From Candidatus Melainabacteria bacterium (lineage in GTDB: Bacteria > Cyanobacteriota > Vampirovibrionia > 2-02-FULL-35-15), in the NCBI GenBank assembly GCA_016193285.1, contig JACPSL010000002.1, forward strand, positions 1-64,000: a stretch of 64,000 nt of DNA, given 5' to 3'. Of the stretch, positions 1-8,868 are shown one piece after another. The notes under the pieces are model-generated. The model saw only the letters and a program-made list of their open reading frames with translations, was not told the DNA's origin and made no database searches. The position numbers and the translations under genes were made by a program. Position 1 is the stretch's first letter. Each line of letters begins with the position of its first letter.

Positions 1-118
1 ACAAGAACATATGGCTAATCGTTATGTCAGATGTTATAAATCTATTTACACTAAACTTGAAATGAGAGTTGCTCACCTTGCTCATACATTCTCAAAGTGG
101 ATTAAGCTGCTTTTGAAC

Positions 119-361
119 TTAATTTTTCACAAGTCGTTCTAATACATGTCCAGCTTCAGCCAGTTTATTTTTAGCAGATTGCAAACTATTTGAAGCCTCA
201 TTAAGCAAATCATTATGTTTCCCAATGATTTCTTCTATTACTATTCTTGGAATTATAAGTTTAGAATTAGTTTCTCTCAAATATTTAAACAAAATATCCA
301 AATCTACCTTCTTCAACAAGAAGTCTTTACGCAGAATATTTGTATCTATTGCAACATGCAT
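119..361 (-). CDS. PIN-like domain protein fragment (80 aa; begins MHVAIDTNIL)
   Basis: The N-terminal MHVAIDTN motif with the acidic Asp is typical of the first strand of PIN/VapC nucleases. At 80 aa it is too short for a full PIN domain. An AGGAG ribosome-binding site (RBS) lies upstream. Confidence 0.3.
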   Translation of the reverse strand: MHVAIDTNILRKDFLLKKVDLDILFKYLRETNSKLIIPRIVIEEIIGKHNDLLNEASNSLQSAKNKLAEAGHVLERLVKN

Positions 362-468
362 ACATTTAAAACTCCTAATGTTTTTTACTCTAGCTATTAA
401 TTATAGCTTTTTTATTTATCTTAGTATAAATAGATGAACAACAATAATAATAGAAGAACTTTTTAATG

Positions 469-524
469 CTTAGTGTATACAACACACAACCACGATCAAA
501 ACAAATCTTAGTGTACACTAGAAC
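469..524. promoter_or_regulatory. Two related palindromic sites (TTAGTGTATACA … TTAGTGTACACTA) about 30 bp apart
   Basis: Seen directly. TGTATACA is an 8-bp palindrome and TAGTGTACACTA a 12-bp perfect palindrome. They lie in the intergenic region upstream of the RHH and replication genes of the island, so they are candidate operator or iteron sites. Confidence 0.3.
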
Positions 525-849
525 CCGCTTACAGACTGGGTTTGAGAAAAATGTACATAACAAAAACTTAATAAATAAGTTTAACTTATTTACATGGCTT
601 GAGCCTATGAGTTACGATTATGTGTTGAGGAACGTCCTCAGCAAAACGAAATAAAGGCTACCGACCATAACCGGAGACAGGGGAAGTAAATCCTCTTTAA
701 CAACATCAATAATCGAATTAACATAAATAGCAAAGTATCACTCGAATAATCTAAGTAATTTGGTTTTTATATATTTTGTGCTTTTATAAGAGCCTTGTAA
801 CTTATATCTGTTAGTTTATTGCCTTATACAAAGGAGGAATCACCTTAAC

Positions 850-1035
850 ATGGATAAATTAATCCCTGAACCAAATAGCAGGAATGACCTTAAAACCCTA
901 TCAATAGCATCTGTTTGGAATGAACTTAAATACCTTGCTGATAAGGAGTCAAGTTCGATTTCAAGTTACATTCGCAGGCTTGTAAAGAAAGAATATGCAA
1001 AAGAAAGGAAAAAAGAATTAGCTCCAGTCGGATAA
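850..1035 (+). CDS. small RHH/CopG-like DNA-binding protein (61 aa)
   Basis: Strong RBS AAGGAGGAA 8 nt upstream. The short basic protein has an …SSYIRRLVKKEY… pattern reminiscent of ribbon-helix-helix regulators. It sits directly upstream of the replication gene. Confidence 0.4.
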   Translation: MDKLIPEPNSRNDLKTLSIASVWNELKYLADKESSSISSYIRRLVKKEYAKERKKELAPVG

Positions 1036-1139
1036 AAACAAAAACTCCACTGGTTAGAGTGGAGTTTAGAAATCAGGTACAAATTATTTTTTCATTTCTT
1101 ATTGTACTTGATTTCATAGACTCCTTCAAGAGGTGAACT

Positions 1140-3014
1140 ATGCAATCTGAAAACTTTACAAACAAACAATTAAAAATTATTAACAAAGTAAATGCATTTG
1201 CAAAGGCAAATTTATATGCTTTGCCTGGTGAACCCGATAAAAAATTCCCACTTAACGACTTAGTTAAAATAAACTTTCCAACAAAGGAAAACCAACGAGT
1301 ATCTTATGATGTGAGAGATTATCCAGATAGGATGCTGTTACCTGAGTTTTTCAAGAAGTATCCAAATTCCAACATAATTAAACTTAATAGCAATGGTTTT
1401 CTTAGCGTAGTAATTGATATTGATAAAAAAGATGGGAAGTTTTCTAATGAAGCTCTTGCAATTACAGAATTACTAAAAGATTACCCGACTTATGTAGTAG
1501 AAACTCCTAGTGGTGGTCTTCATTACCATTACATAATTGATCCAGCTAGACCTTTAGTTGGAAGGATTATTGGTTATAAAGAAGGTGTTGATATTATTCT
1601 TGATGGTGGTACTCCTCTGCCTCCTTCAACAGCTTGGTCAGATAAGCTAGGTGCTGTAGGTGAATATACAGAAAGAGATCCTATAGAAATAAATCCGCCA
1701 ACTTTATTTCCATATGAAGTATTTCCAGATTTAATTGATACTCCTGAAAATAGGGAAAAACATGGTCAAGAAAAAAAAGTTAGAATACAAGAGCAACTTG
1801 ATAAAGGAGAAATTGCGGAGTATAGAAATGACACCTTCCACCACCTTTCAGTTGCTCTTAATTCAAAGTTTCCTAAAAATCCTAGCCTTGTGTGGGATAT
1901 TGTCAAATGGCTATATGATAACCGCACTAAAAAAGAAGGTTTCTCGCTGAATGAGCTTGAAACTACTTTTAAAAGTGCACTTAATGGAAAGGTTGTTGCT
2001 GAAGCAAGAGAATATGTGCAAGAGGAAATTAACAAAGATGTTGAGAAGTTTGGTGATCCACCTGTAGTATTTTGGAATCAGTTAAAAGATTACGATATTC
2101 CTGAGACATCTTTCCTTGTAACCAATTTAATTGTTGAAAAAGGAATTAATTATATTTATGGTAAGCCTGGTGTGTGCAAAACATGGCTAGCTCAGTACCT
2201 TGCACTTTGTATTGCAAGGGGTATTCCTGCATTTGGCAAATTTTTAACTAAACAATGCAAGATATTGTTTGTTGATAAAGACAATGACCCATACCAAATG
2301 AAACTAAGAGTTGGATCTCTTGGAGGACTTGAGACAGATCAAGTAGCTTTTTACTTAGATTCAGGTCTTTTTAGGGTTGAAAATGAGGAATCTGTAAAAA
2401 GATTAATTGCTTGCATTAAAGAGCATAAGTTTGGGTTAGTTGTTTTTGATACAGCTAGAGATATTCACAAAGGCGAAGAAGATTCTTCTACTGAAATAAA
2501 TAAACTCAACCAAGTATTTAAAAGGATAATACAAGCAGGGTGTGCAGTTCTTGTAATAAGCCACACAAAAAAAGGCGAAGGCGGTGACCTTATTGATCTG
2601 CTTAGAGGTTCAAGTGCATTAGGAGGAGCTGCTGCAAGTATGATCCATGTCAGTCAACCAAATGAAAGTACGGTGATATTACAAATGGGTAAGTGCAGAT
2701 ATGTTAAAAAGATACCACCTATTGAGCTGAATATACTTCAAAACAATAATGGGATAACTGGGTTTGAATATAAAGGTGTTGCAAAGATTGAGCCTATTAA
2801 AAAGTCTAAAGATGAACTTGCAGAACACATCTTAAAGTTAGTAAAAGGTTTTCCTGCTCCTGGATTAACTAGAAAAGATTTAATTCAGGCTTTGCAAAAG
2901 AATGGGAAGCCCAGCGAATCTACCATTGACCGTAGAGTTAATGATTTAGAGGTTGAAGGTTTGATTAAAAAGGATGACGAGGGTAATGTAATGTTTAGGC
3001 AAAATACGAGTTAA
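1140..3014 (+). CDS. replication protein: N-terminal bifunctional primase-polymerase domain fused to an AAA_25/RepA-like (RecA-fold) helicase ATPase, with a C-terminal winged-helix DNA-binding domain
   Basis: The prim-pol signature is IDIDKKDG … TPSGGLHYHY (DxD plus sGxH). Walker A is GKPGVCKT, followed by a FVDKDN Walker B-like strand. The C-terminal wHTH is LTRKDLIQALQKNG…. The RBS is AAGAGGTGA. This architecture is typical of integrative elements, satellites and plasmids. Confidence 0.75.
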   Translation: MQSENFTNKQLKIINKVNAFAKANLYALPGEPDKKFPLNDLVKINFPTKENQRVSYDVRDYPDRMLLPEFFKKYPNSNIIKLNSNGFLSVVIDIDKKDGKFSNEALAITELLKDYPTYVVETPSGGLHYHYIIDPARPLVGRIIGYKEGVDIILDGGTPLPPSTAWSDKLGAVGEYTERDPIEINPPTLFPYEVFPDLIDTPENREKHGQEKKVRIQEQLDKGEIAEYRNDTFHHLSVALNSKFPKNPSLVWDIVKWLYDNRTKKEGFSLNELETTFKSALNGKVVAEAREYVQEEINKDVEKFGDPPVVFWNQLKDYDIPETSFLVTNLIVEKGINYIYGKPGVCKTWLAQYLALCIARGIPAFGKFLTKQCKILFVDKDNDPYQMKLRVGSLGGLETDQVAFYLDSGLFRVENEESVKRLIACIKEHKFGLVVFDTARDIHKGEEDSSTEINKLNQVFKRIIQAGCAVLVISHTKKGEGGDLIDLLRGSSALGGAAASMIHVSQPNESTVILQMGKCRYVKKIPPIELNILQNNNGITGFEYKGVAKIEPIKKSKDELAEHILKLVKGFPAPGLTRKDLIQALQKNGKPSESTIDRRVNDLEVEGLIKKDDEGNVMFRQNTS

Positions 3015-3020
3015 GAATTA

Positions 3021-3059
3021 GTCGTCATCACTTTTTCCACAGGAAATGATGATGACGAC
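3021..3059 (+). other. 10-bp-stem hairpin (GTCGTCATCA … TGATGACGAC, 19-nt loop) immediately after the replication-gene stop
   Basis: Inverted repeat seen directly. It has no U-tract, so it could be a terminator or a replication-related hairpin. Confidence 0.3.
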
Positions 3060-3196
3060 GATAAGAATTTAACCAAGGAAAGACAGAAGGAGGCTAGTAA
3101 ATAACTAGTTTAGGGGGGATATTTTTATGTTTGAAGTCATTACATCAGATTTTGGATCTTTCAATTGGATTGCAGATCAATATCTGACTTCTGCAG

Positions 3197-3625
3197 GTGC
3201 CGATCATTTCAAACAACAGGAACTTGATTCAGGAGATATTACAGATGAGCGACAAGCTTGGACTGAAGAACACTAAAGAGCAGGTATTTTTAGAAATGAA
3301 GGAAAAATACCATTATTATTCTGAACTTATAAGGAAGTATAGATTAGACACACCTAGTGTACACAAGGAATATTGCAATAGTGATGATCATAGAAGATGT
3401 GGTGCAATTTGGGGGCATTCAAGCATACTATTGGATTTCATTTCTAAACTATGGTGGTGGTTTACCTCTGAAAAACCCTATGCCTATACCGCTAAAGTAA
3501 AACCTAAACTACAAAGTATTACTCAACAAATCCTTTGGCAAAGAAAAGAAGATGAACTTAATGATGAAGAATACTCTTGGCTTATAAAAATAAAGAAGGA
3601 CTGTGAAGCATTGCGAGAGAAATAA
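3197..3625 (+). CDS. hypothetical protein (142 aa)
   Basis: ORF only. No recognisable motifs, and an internal ATG near 3245 is possible. Confidence 0.35.
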   Translation: MPIISNNRNLIQEILQMSDKLGLKNTKEQVFLEMKEKYHYYSELIRKYRLDTPSVHKEYCNSDDHRRCGAIWGHSSILLDFISKLWWWFTSEKPYAYTAKVKPKLQSITQQILWQRKEDELNDEEYSWLIKIKKDCEALREK

Positions 3626-3811
3626 TACTTACTTTGCTTTTTATTAAGTTCAACTTTGTAGACTAAGTTACATTCTATAAGTGTAAATAAAAAGAAAATA
3701 CATTTCAAAAAATCAAAAAGTTTAACTCTTGCTCTACTTCAACTTTTTAACTATACTCTGGTGGGTGGAGCGGGGAGTGAGGGAAAGTTTAGATTAGGTT
3801 TGGTTTTATGT

Positions 3812-4285
3812 TCACTTGCTGTGCATATATATTGTCTGAAAACTGTCTATAAGCTCCTGTAGCTCAATTGATTTCTTTTGAACTTTTACCCACTTCCATT
3901 TCTTTTTTTTTGCAAAATTTTCTACAGCCATTCTTGCTCCAATAAATGCTGATTCAATCTCTGCTTCACTTGTTTTTTCACTATCATGGAAAATTGTTAC
4001 TGTGATAGTGTTTGGTGGATTTGGTAAATAATATATTGAGATTAAACGAGCTTTATGACTGTCAGCAAATGAGCAACTTTTCTCACTAGGTAAACAGCCT
4101 TTGTACAATTCGTTGGTTGAATTTAGGTAAGTTGCAAGCCACTCAAGCTTAGTTGGAGTATATTTATCTGAACCACTTTCGGCGTATGTAGTATAAGAGA
4201 ATGCTGTATATAAAATTAATGCTAATACTAGGGGTATGCTGATTTTTACAGTTTTCATATTTCTTAACTCCTTACAATCCAGCAA
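3812..4285 (-). CDS. hypothetical secreted protein (signal peptide MKTVKISIPLVLALILYTAFSYTTYA; true start probably near 4258)
   Basis: N-terminal hydrophobic signal-like segment, with Cys residues downstream. Confidence 0.45.
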   Translation of the reverse strand: MLDCKELRNMKTVKISIPLVLALILYTAFSYTTYAESGSDKYTPTKLEWLATYLNSTNELYKGCLPSEKSCSFADSHKARLISIYYLPNPPNTITVTIFHDSEKTSEAEIESAFIGARMAVENFAKKKKWKWVKVQKKSIELQELIDSFQTIYMHSK

Positions 4286-4381
4286 AGAACAGTCTTGTTA
4301 TCTCATATACTACATTGTTGTTATATAGTATATAACAGCACCATTCTTAGCCAATTAACCTGTATTTAAGAGGTTAAACAG

Positions 4382-4606
4382 TTGGCCAAGTGGTATAAAA
4401 AACTCAAAAAAGCAAGGGAATCAATGGGTTTGTCACTTCAAGGAGCAGTAAATCTACTCTATGAATCACACAAAATTAAAATGCATAGAGTAAATCTTTA
4501 TAAGTTGGAAGAAGGAGAGACTGAAATACCAGTGTCAAAATTTAGAGCTTTGTGTGAAATTTATGATATTAGTGCTGATTGGGTTTTAGATTTAAAAAGT
4601 TATTAA
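4382..4606 (+). CDS. XRE-family helix-turn-helix transcriptional regulator
   Basis: HTH pattern LSLQGAVNLLYESHKIKMHRVNLYKLEEGET… It ends …WVLDLKSY. The ORF track uses a TTG start with a GAGG RBS. An internal ATG giving a 60-aa product is also possible. Confidence 0.55.
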   Translation: MAKWYKKLKKARESMGLSLQGAVNLLYESHKIKMHRVNLYKLEEGETEIPVSKFRALCEIYDISADWVLDLKSY

Positions 4607-4632
4607 TTGTATATTATCCATTATTAATCTGG

Positions 4633-5115
4633 CTACTTTAGGTAGATGTTTTCAATTTGATCTGCTAAGTTCCTTAAATCAGATGCTATATAAGCCCACT
4701 CAAGATTATTAGAAGAGCTAGATTCACTTACATCTTCAGTACTACAGTTAAAGAAGTATTCTATATCTTTTAGATATTTTTCAATTTCATAACAGAAACC
4801 AAAGTTAGTTTGTATATTAAAATCACCATGGACAATCATACGTCTTAGTTTATTTAGTTTATGAAGGCATGCAAATAACTCCTTCTTTATTTCTTTATCA
4901 AGATTTATCTTATACTTGTTTTTAAAGGAATTTATTTTCTCCTCGAGACCTTCACCTCTTTCATAATTGGGTAGCTTGTCAAGCATTTCATCAAGAAACC
5001 CTTCAAATATTACAACTCTTGATAACAAGAAATACTTTGAGTATCCTTCAACTTTTGCGGACTCAGCAATATTCTGAATTTGTTGGCTATAATTATCAAT
5101 TTCTTGTTTATACAT
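4633..5115 (-). CDS. hypothetical protein, possible HEPN-like (Rx4H motif in LRRMIVHGD)
   Basis: A 160-aa mostly alpha-helical-looking protein with an R-x4-H-G motif near residue 100. It lies 22 bp downstream of the DUF262 gene on the same strand. The HEPN assignment is an inference from the motif alone. Confidence 0.45.
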   Translation of the reverse strand: MYKQEIDNYSQQIQNIAESAKVEGYSKYFLLSRVVIFEGFLDEMLDKLPNYERGEGLEEKINSFKNKYKINLDKEIKKELFACLHKLNKLRRMIVHGDFNIQTNFGFCYEIEKYLKDIEYFFNCSTEDVSESSSSNNLEWAYIASDLRNLADQIENIYLK

Positions 5116-5137
5116 TAGAGGAAAGATACTTTCAAAA

Positions 5138-6361
5138 TTAACCAGTGCGTGCTGAGTCTAAATAACTAGAAAACCCTTCTAGCCTTACTTGTAAAAGATC
5201 TTTGGTGTTTTTCCCACCACCAACATAAGCAGACTTTTGAAAAAATCTAGATTTTGTAAAACCATTAATTATTTCAGTTGTTATACCAGATATTAAATTA
5301 GGCCTGTCTATTCGAGAGACTATTACCAAAACAACAGTTTCATATAAATTTAGATTGACTGTACGATTAACTTTAAATGAATCTTTATTACAAGTCTCTG
5401 CGAGAAACTTAAAAGTATCTATGAAACACTTTTTTTCCATTTCATAATTAAACTTTATAATTTTAGCGCTGCACTGTTCTAAATAAGTTGTCAAAAAAGG
5501 AGCTATATCTTTTTGATATAAGTCCCGATTATTTTTAAATGCAAAAAATCGTAAAACAAGTTCCTCTAAAAACATGCCTTTATTTTTTTTAACTGTAGAA
5601 GGATTTTTTATTAACTTAATAGTATTTAAAAACTGCTTGTTTTTTGATAAATCATTACTAATAAAGTCAATAAACTTACTATCAATTAAACGTATAGAAG
5701 CATTTCTTAGCTGCTGATTAGATAGTTTAGTCCCACCCGCATTAATCCTTGTAAACATGTGATATCTCATCCAAACATCATCTTTTGAATATGAAAACAC
5801 ATATACATCTAAAGGTTTATTTTCTATTCGACGTTGAATCTTTCCATCAATAGAATGGTAGGTCTTCCCATTTAGTCCTTCTACAATATCACAACCTTTT
5901 AATTCAAGGTACTCAACATTATTATTAGTGTCTACCGTGTTTTCTGTTTCAGTAGGCTCCTCGTTTGATTCATCGTCTTCATTAAGTTCAAAATCTTCTT
6001 CAGGACTTTCTTCATTTAATTTATCTCTGTCAATATCAGTCAAATATTTAGTTTTTCCTATAAAGTGTAAGTAAGTACTAATTCTTTGTAAGCCGTCTAA
6101 TAGCTCCCATGCTCCATCTGCATTCTCCGCAAAATAAACAGGTGGAACTGGTAAATTAAGAGCAAGAGATTCAATAAATCTAGATTGTTGAGTAATAGTC
6201 CATTCAAAGGTTCTTTGATACGAAGGTGCAATTGTCAGTTGCTTACTTTCAATCTTTGAAGTTATCCATGATAAATCATAAGTAAATTTTTCAACAGTTA
6301 CTTTAGTTCTTTTGGCTGCTATTTCATTGGCAATATTCATACTCACAACATTTTCTGGCAT
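5138..6361 (-). CDS. DUF262 (ParB-like / GmrS-N-terminal-like) domain protein
   Basis: The N-terminal region carries the DGQQR-type motif (…WELLDGLQRISTYLHF…) after a QRTFEWT strand. It has an acidic linker (EDFELNEDDESNEEPTETEN) and a roughly 200-aa C-terminal domain of unknown type. I see no DUF1524/HNH motif. Its start overlaps the methyltransferase stop by 19 bp. Confidence 0.75.
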   Translation of the reverse strand: MPENVVSMNIANEIAAKRTKVTVEKFTYDLSWITSKIESKQLTIAPSYQRTFEWTITQQSRFIESLALNLPVPPVYFAENADGAWELLDGLQRISTYLHFIGKTKYLTDIDRDKLNEESPEEDFELNEDDESNEEPTETENTVDTNNNVEYLELKGCDIVEGLNGKTYHSIDGKIQRRIENKPLDVYVFSYSKDDVWMRYHMFTRINAGGTKLSNQQLRNASIRLIDSKFIDFISNDLSKNKQFLNTIKLIKNPSTVKKNKGMFLEELVLRFFAFKNNRDLYQKDIAPFLTTYLEQCSAKIIKFNYEMEKKCFIDTFKFLAETCNKDSFKVNRTVNLNLYETVVLVIVSRIDRPNLISGITTEIINGFTKSRFFQKSAYVGGGKNTKDLLQVRLEGFSSYLDSARTG

Positions 6362-7515
6362 TTAAATACTACCTCATTTATATTTGCATTACCTTTTATA
6401 TAATTAAAACCAGCAGCCATAAATCTTGATTCATCAAGAATAGTAAAACCTCTATTTTCTAAGCTCTCTGAAAAAATTTTTGATAAATTTACATCAATAT
6501 CTTTAAACATTGAATCCTGTAGAACGATATGAAGTGCCCCCTTCGATTTAAGTACCCTATCGATTTCGTCAAAACTTTTTTCCATATTATAGAAATAATC
6601 ATGGAATGTTTTGTAGTAATAGGAAGCCGAGGCTTTTGAGTTGTGAGATTTAATTCTATGGAGTAAGTTTTTTATCCTACTTGAGAACTTAAAAGAATTA
6701 TAAAGAATTCTTACTGTTGGAGTACCAATAAGGTTTCTTCTTAGCACATTAAATTTATTATTATCGTAACCCAACCAAACTAGTTCAGGGAGAGTCATAA
6801 CAGCATAGTCAATCCTAGTACAATATGGTGGTGAAGTGATAATGCAATCTATGCTACCTGACCTTATTGGAAGAGCCAACGATGATCCTGTCCTTAATAA
6901 AGGCAAAACAGATCTAGATACTCTCTTAGAACAATTTTGTTCGTAGAAGTGATTTATAGAAGATCTACACTCCTCAATCCATTCTTCGAAATTAAATTTA
7001 CTTAAATCATCGTCATTCTTGGGTCTTTTAATCCAAGTTGGGTTTGAACTAAAGTAATCAATGAGCTGCTTTCTAAATGCTTTAATAGCAATATATGACA
7101 GGAAATTTCGAATAATAGGTTTTCTAAGAGCTAGAATTTTATTTCTTATAACACTCAATTTTTGAGTGCTCTCTTTTGTGAACCAAAGAAAATCAAATGG
7201 TGATACGCTCTTAATTCCAATATCTTTCCAAGTGCTTACATATTTTAAAGATTCTTCTAAAACTGAATAATCTGCTAATCGAGCATAGGAATATATCAAT
7301 GTTGCTTCATTAATATCTATTCCAATAGATTTATAACCTAGATCATAAGCTACAGAGGTTGTCATTCCAGATCCGTTCCAAGGATCGAGTATTAGAGCAG
7401 TCTTTTCATTGATGTTGGATGATTTAATTGCATGCTCTACAAAAGTGTGGCTGAATCCAGCATAATAATTTATACTTGATTCTTGCTTTTTAATCTTTGT
7501 TGATGGAGTTACCAT
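6343..7515 (-). CDS. DNA methyltransferase (amino-MTase, N6-adenine or N4-cytosine)
   Basis: Motif I-like LDPWNGSGMTT preceded by an HPxxFP-like FSHTFVEH. Motif IV SPPY lies about 170 aa downstream (ITSPPYCTRIDY). The motif order is I…IV. The gene overlaps the DUF262 gene, indicating an operon. Confidence 0.8.
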   Translation of the reverse strand: MVTPSTKIKKQESSINYYAGFSHTFVEHAIKSSNINEKTALILDPWNGSGMTTSVAYDLGYKSIGIDINEATLIYSYARLADYSVLEESLKYVSTWKDIGIKSVSPFDFLWFTKESTQKLSVIRNKILALRKPIIRNFLSYIAIKAFRKQLIDYFSSNPTWIKRPKNDDDLSKFNFEEWIEECRSSINHFYEQNCSKRVSRSVLPLLRTGSSLALPIRSGSIDCIITSPPYCTRIDYAVMTLPELVWLGYDNNKFNVLRRNLIGTPTVRILYNSFKFSSRIKNLLHRIKSHNSKASASYYYKTFHDYFYNMEKSFDEIDRVLKSKGALHIVLQDSMFKDIDVNLSKIFSESLENRGFTILDESRFMAAGFNYIKGNANINEVVFKCQKML

Positions 7516-7610
7516 GTTAAGAGTATTTTATCAGTAATAGACGTTGGTTTAATATTCTAGTTACACTAGATTTAATCTTTAAATAAGACACTTATCTTAT
7601 CTCTCCATAA

Positions 7611-8729
7611 TTACCACCCCTGCATCTCTTTAATAACTTCATCCTGTGTAGTCATAAGATAGCCTTGTGTTGTTTTCAAATCAGCATGTCCTAAAGCAAG
7701 TGAAATAATATTAATTGGCTTACCAGAATTAGCAGCTATTGTTGCAAATGTTCTTCTAAGTCCATGAACATTTACTTCGATGCCTATTCTTTTTGAAAGC
7801 CTTTTTACTTTTCTAAGTAGGGTGGCTGTGTTAAATGGTACAAGCTCACCCCTAGTTGACCTTATAGTAGTTACAAAGAAATTTTCTAGATTTGTTTTTG
7901 GCCTTAATTTTAAATAATTGGCAAGATAATCATAAAGCCTGTTACTGATACCTACAAATCTATTTTTCTTACCTTTGCCTAGATAGACAAAGAGCTTTCT
8001 ATTTACTAAATCAACATCTTGAACTTTGAGATTGCAAAGCTCACTTGCCCTTAAACCAGCTAAACCTATCGTTGCAATTGTTGTACTGTTCAGGATTACA
8101 TCATAAGGTGTTTGTCCACTATGCCATCTTGATGCTTCTATTAAAAGCCTTTCAAATTCATCTTGACTGCAATGAACTTTTTTAGCAGGGTAAAACCTTT
8201 TGGGTTTTAGTTCTTTTAATTCTTCTAAGAATTTTTTATCCACCAAGCCATTTATAATTAGATATTTAATAAAAGACCTTATTGCTTTGTATAGATTATC
8301 TTTTATGCTAAAGCTCTTAGGGTCTATGCTTCCAAGAACTTGCCTTAAGTTTGCTACAGAAATTAAAGAATTTCTATTTCCTCTTTTAATAACTAAATTA
8401 TTCCAATATATACCGAAGCAATAAATATAAAGTCTTATGGTATGTTCACTAAGTGGTTTCCCAATGAGTTTTCCTGTTTTTAGCCAGTCTAACCATTCAC
8501 TTATTTGCTCTTTTACAAAAGTCTTGTTTGATAGAGAGTTTTCTTCCTTCTTTTTTAGTTGTCTAGTCTTTTTCCATTCCAAATAACTATTTAAAGGTAT
8601 AAGGTATGTAAAACCACCTGGAAAAGGTTTTGTGATTGTAGGTAGGTCTTTAGCCTTTGCTAATCTTAAAATGGAGCGTCTAGATAGCCTTAAATCCCCT
8701 GCTACCTCATTAAGTGTCAAAGTATCCAA
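7611..8729 (-). CDS. tyrosine site-specific integrase (phage integrase family)
   Basis: C-terminal catalytic signature …VHGLRRTFATIAANSG…LGHADLKTTQGYL (R, HxxR, Y). An N-terminal HTH is present (LRLSRRSILRLAKAKDLP). The gene is adjacent to a tRNA 3' end and reads away from it. Confidence 0.85.
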   Translation of the reverse strand: MDTLTLNEVAGDLRLSRRSILRLAKAKDLPTITKPFPGGFTYLIPLNSYLEWKKTRQLKKKEENSLSNKTFVKEQISEWLDWLKTGKLIGKPLSEHTIRLYIYCFGIYWNNLVIKRGNRNSLISVANLRQVLGSIDPKSFSIKDNLYKAIRSFIKYLIINGLVDKKFLEELKELKPKRFYPAKKVHCSQDEFERLLIEASRWHSGQTPYDVILNSTTIATIGLAGLRASELCNLKVQDVDLVNRKLFVYLGKGKKNRFVGISNRLYDYLANYLKLRPKTNLENFFVTTIRSTRGELVPFNTATLLRKVKRLSKRIGIEVNVHGLRRTFATIAANSGKPINIISLALGHADLKTTQGYLMTTQDEVIKEMQGW

Positions 8730-8794
8730 CTTATCCTGCTTTCCAGCAGGACACAGTAAGACACCACAAACTACTATCTATATTGTTCTAACCC

Positions 8795-8868
8795 TCGGGG
8801 CGACACGATTTGAACGTGCGACCCTCTGCTCCCAAAGCAGATGCTCTACCAAGCTGAGCCACGCCCCG
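8795..8868 (-). tRNA. tRNA-Pro (anticodon UGG)
   Basis: Cloverleaf folded by hand. The acceptor is CGGGGCG/CGCCCCG with C1-G72, the D-stem GCTC/GAGC and the anticodon stem TCTGC/GCAGA. The anticodon loop is TTTGGGA (anticodon TGG). The T-arm is GCACG TTCAAAT CGTGT and the discriminator is A. CCA is not encoded. Confidence 0.85.

Noticed and set aside
466-654. 62-aa ORF in the island's regulatory intergenic region
   Set aside because: It spans the paired palindromes, has no RBS and has a low-complexity composition, so it is most likely non-coding.
1735-2035. ORFs 1735..1950 (+) and 1766..2035 (−) inside the replication gene
   Set aside because: They are fully nested in a well-supported 624-aa CDS, in alternative frames typical of AT-rich DNA.
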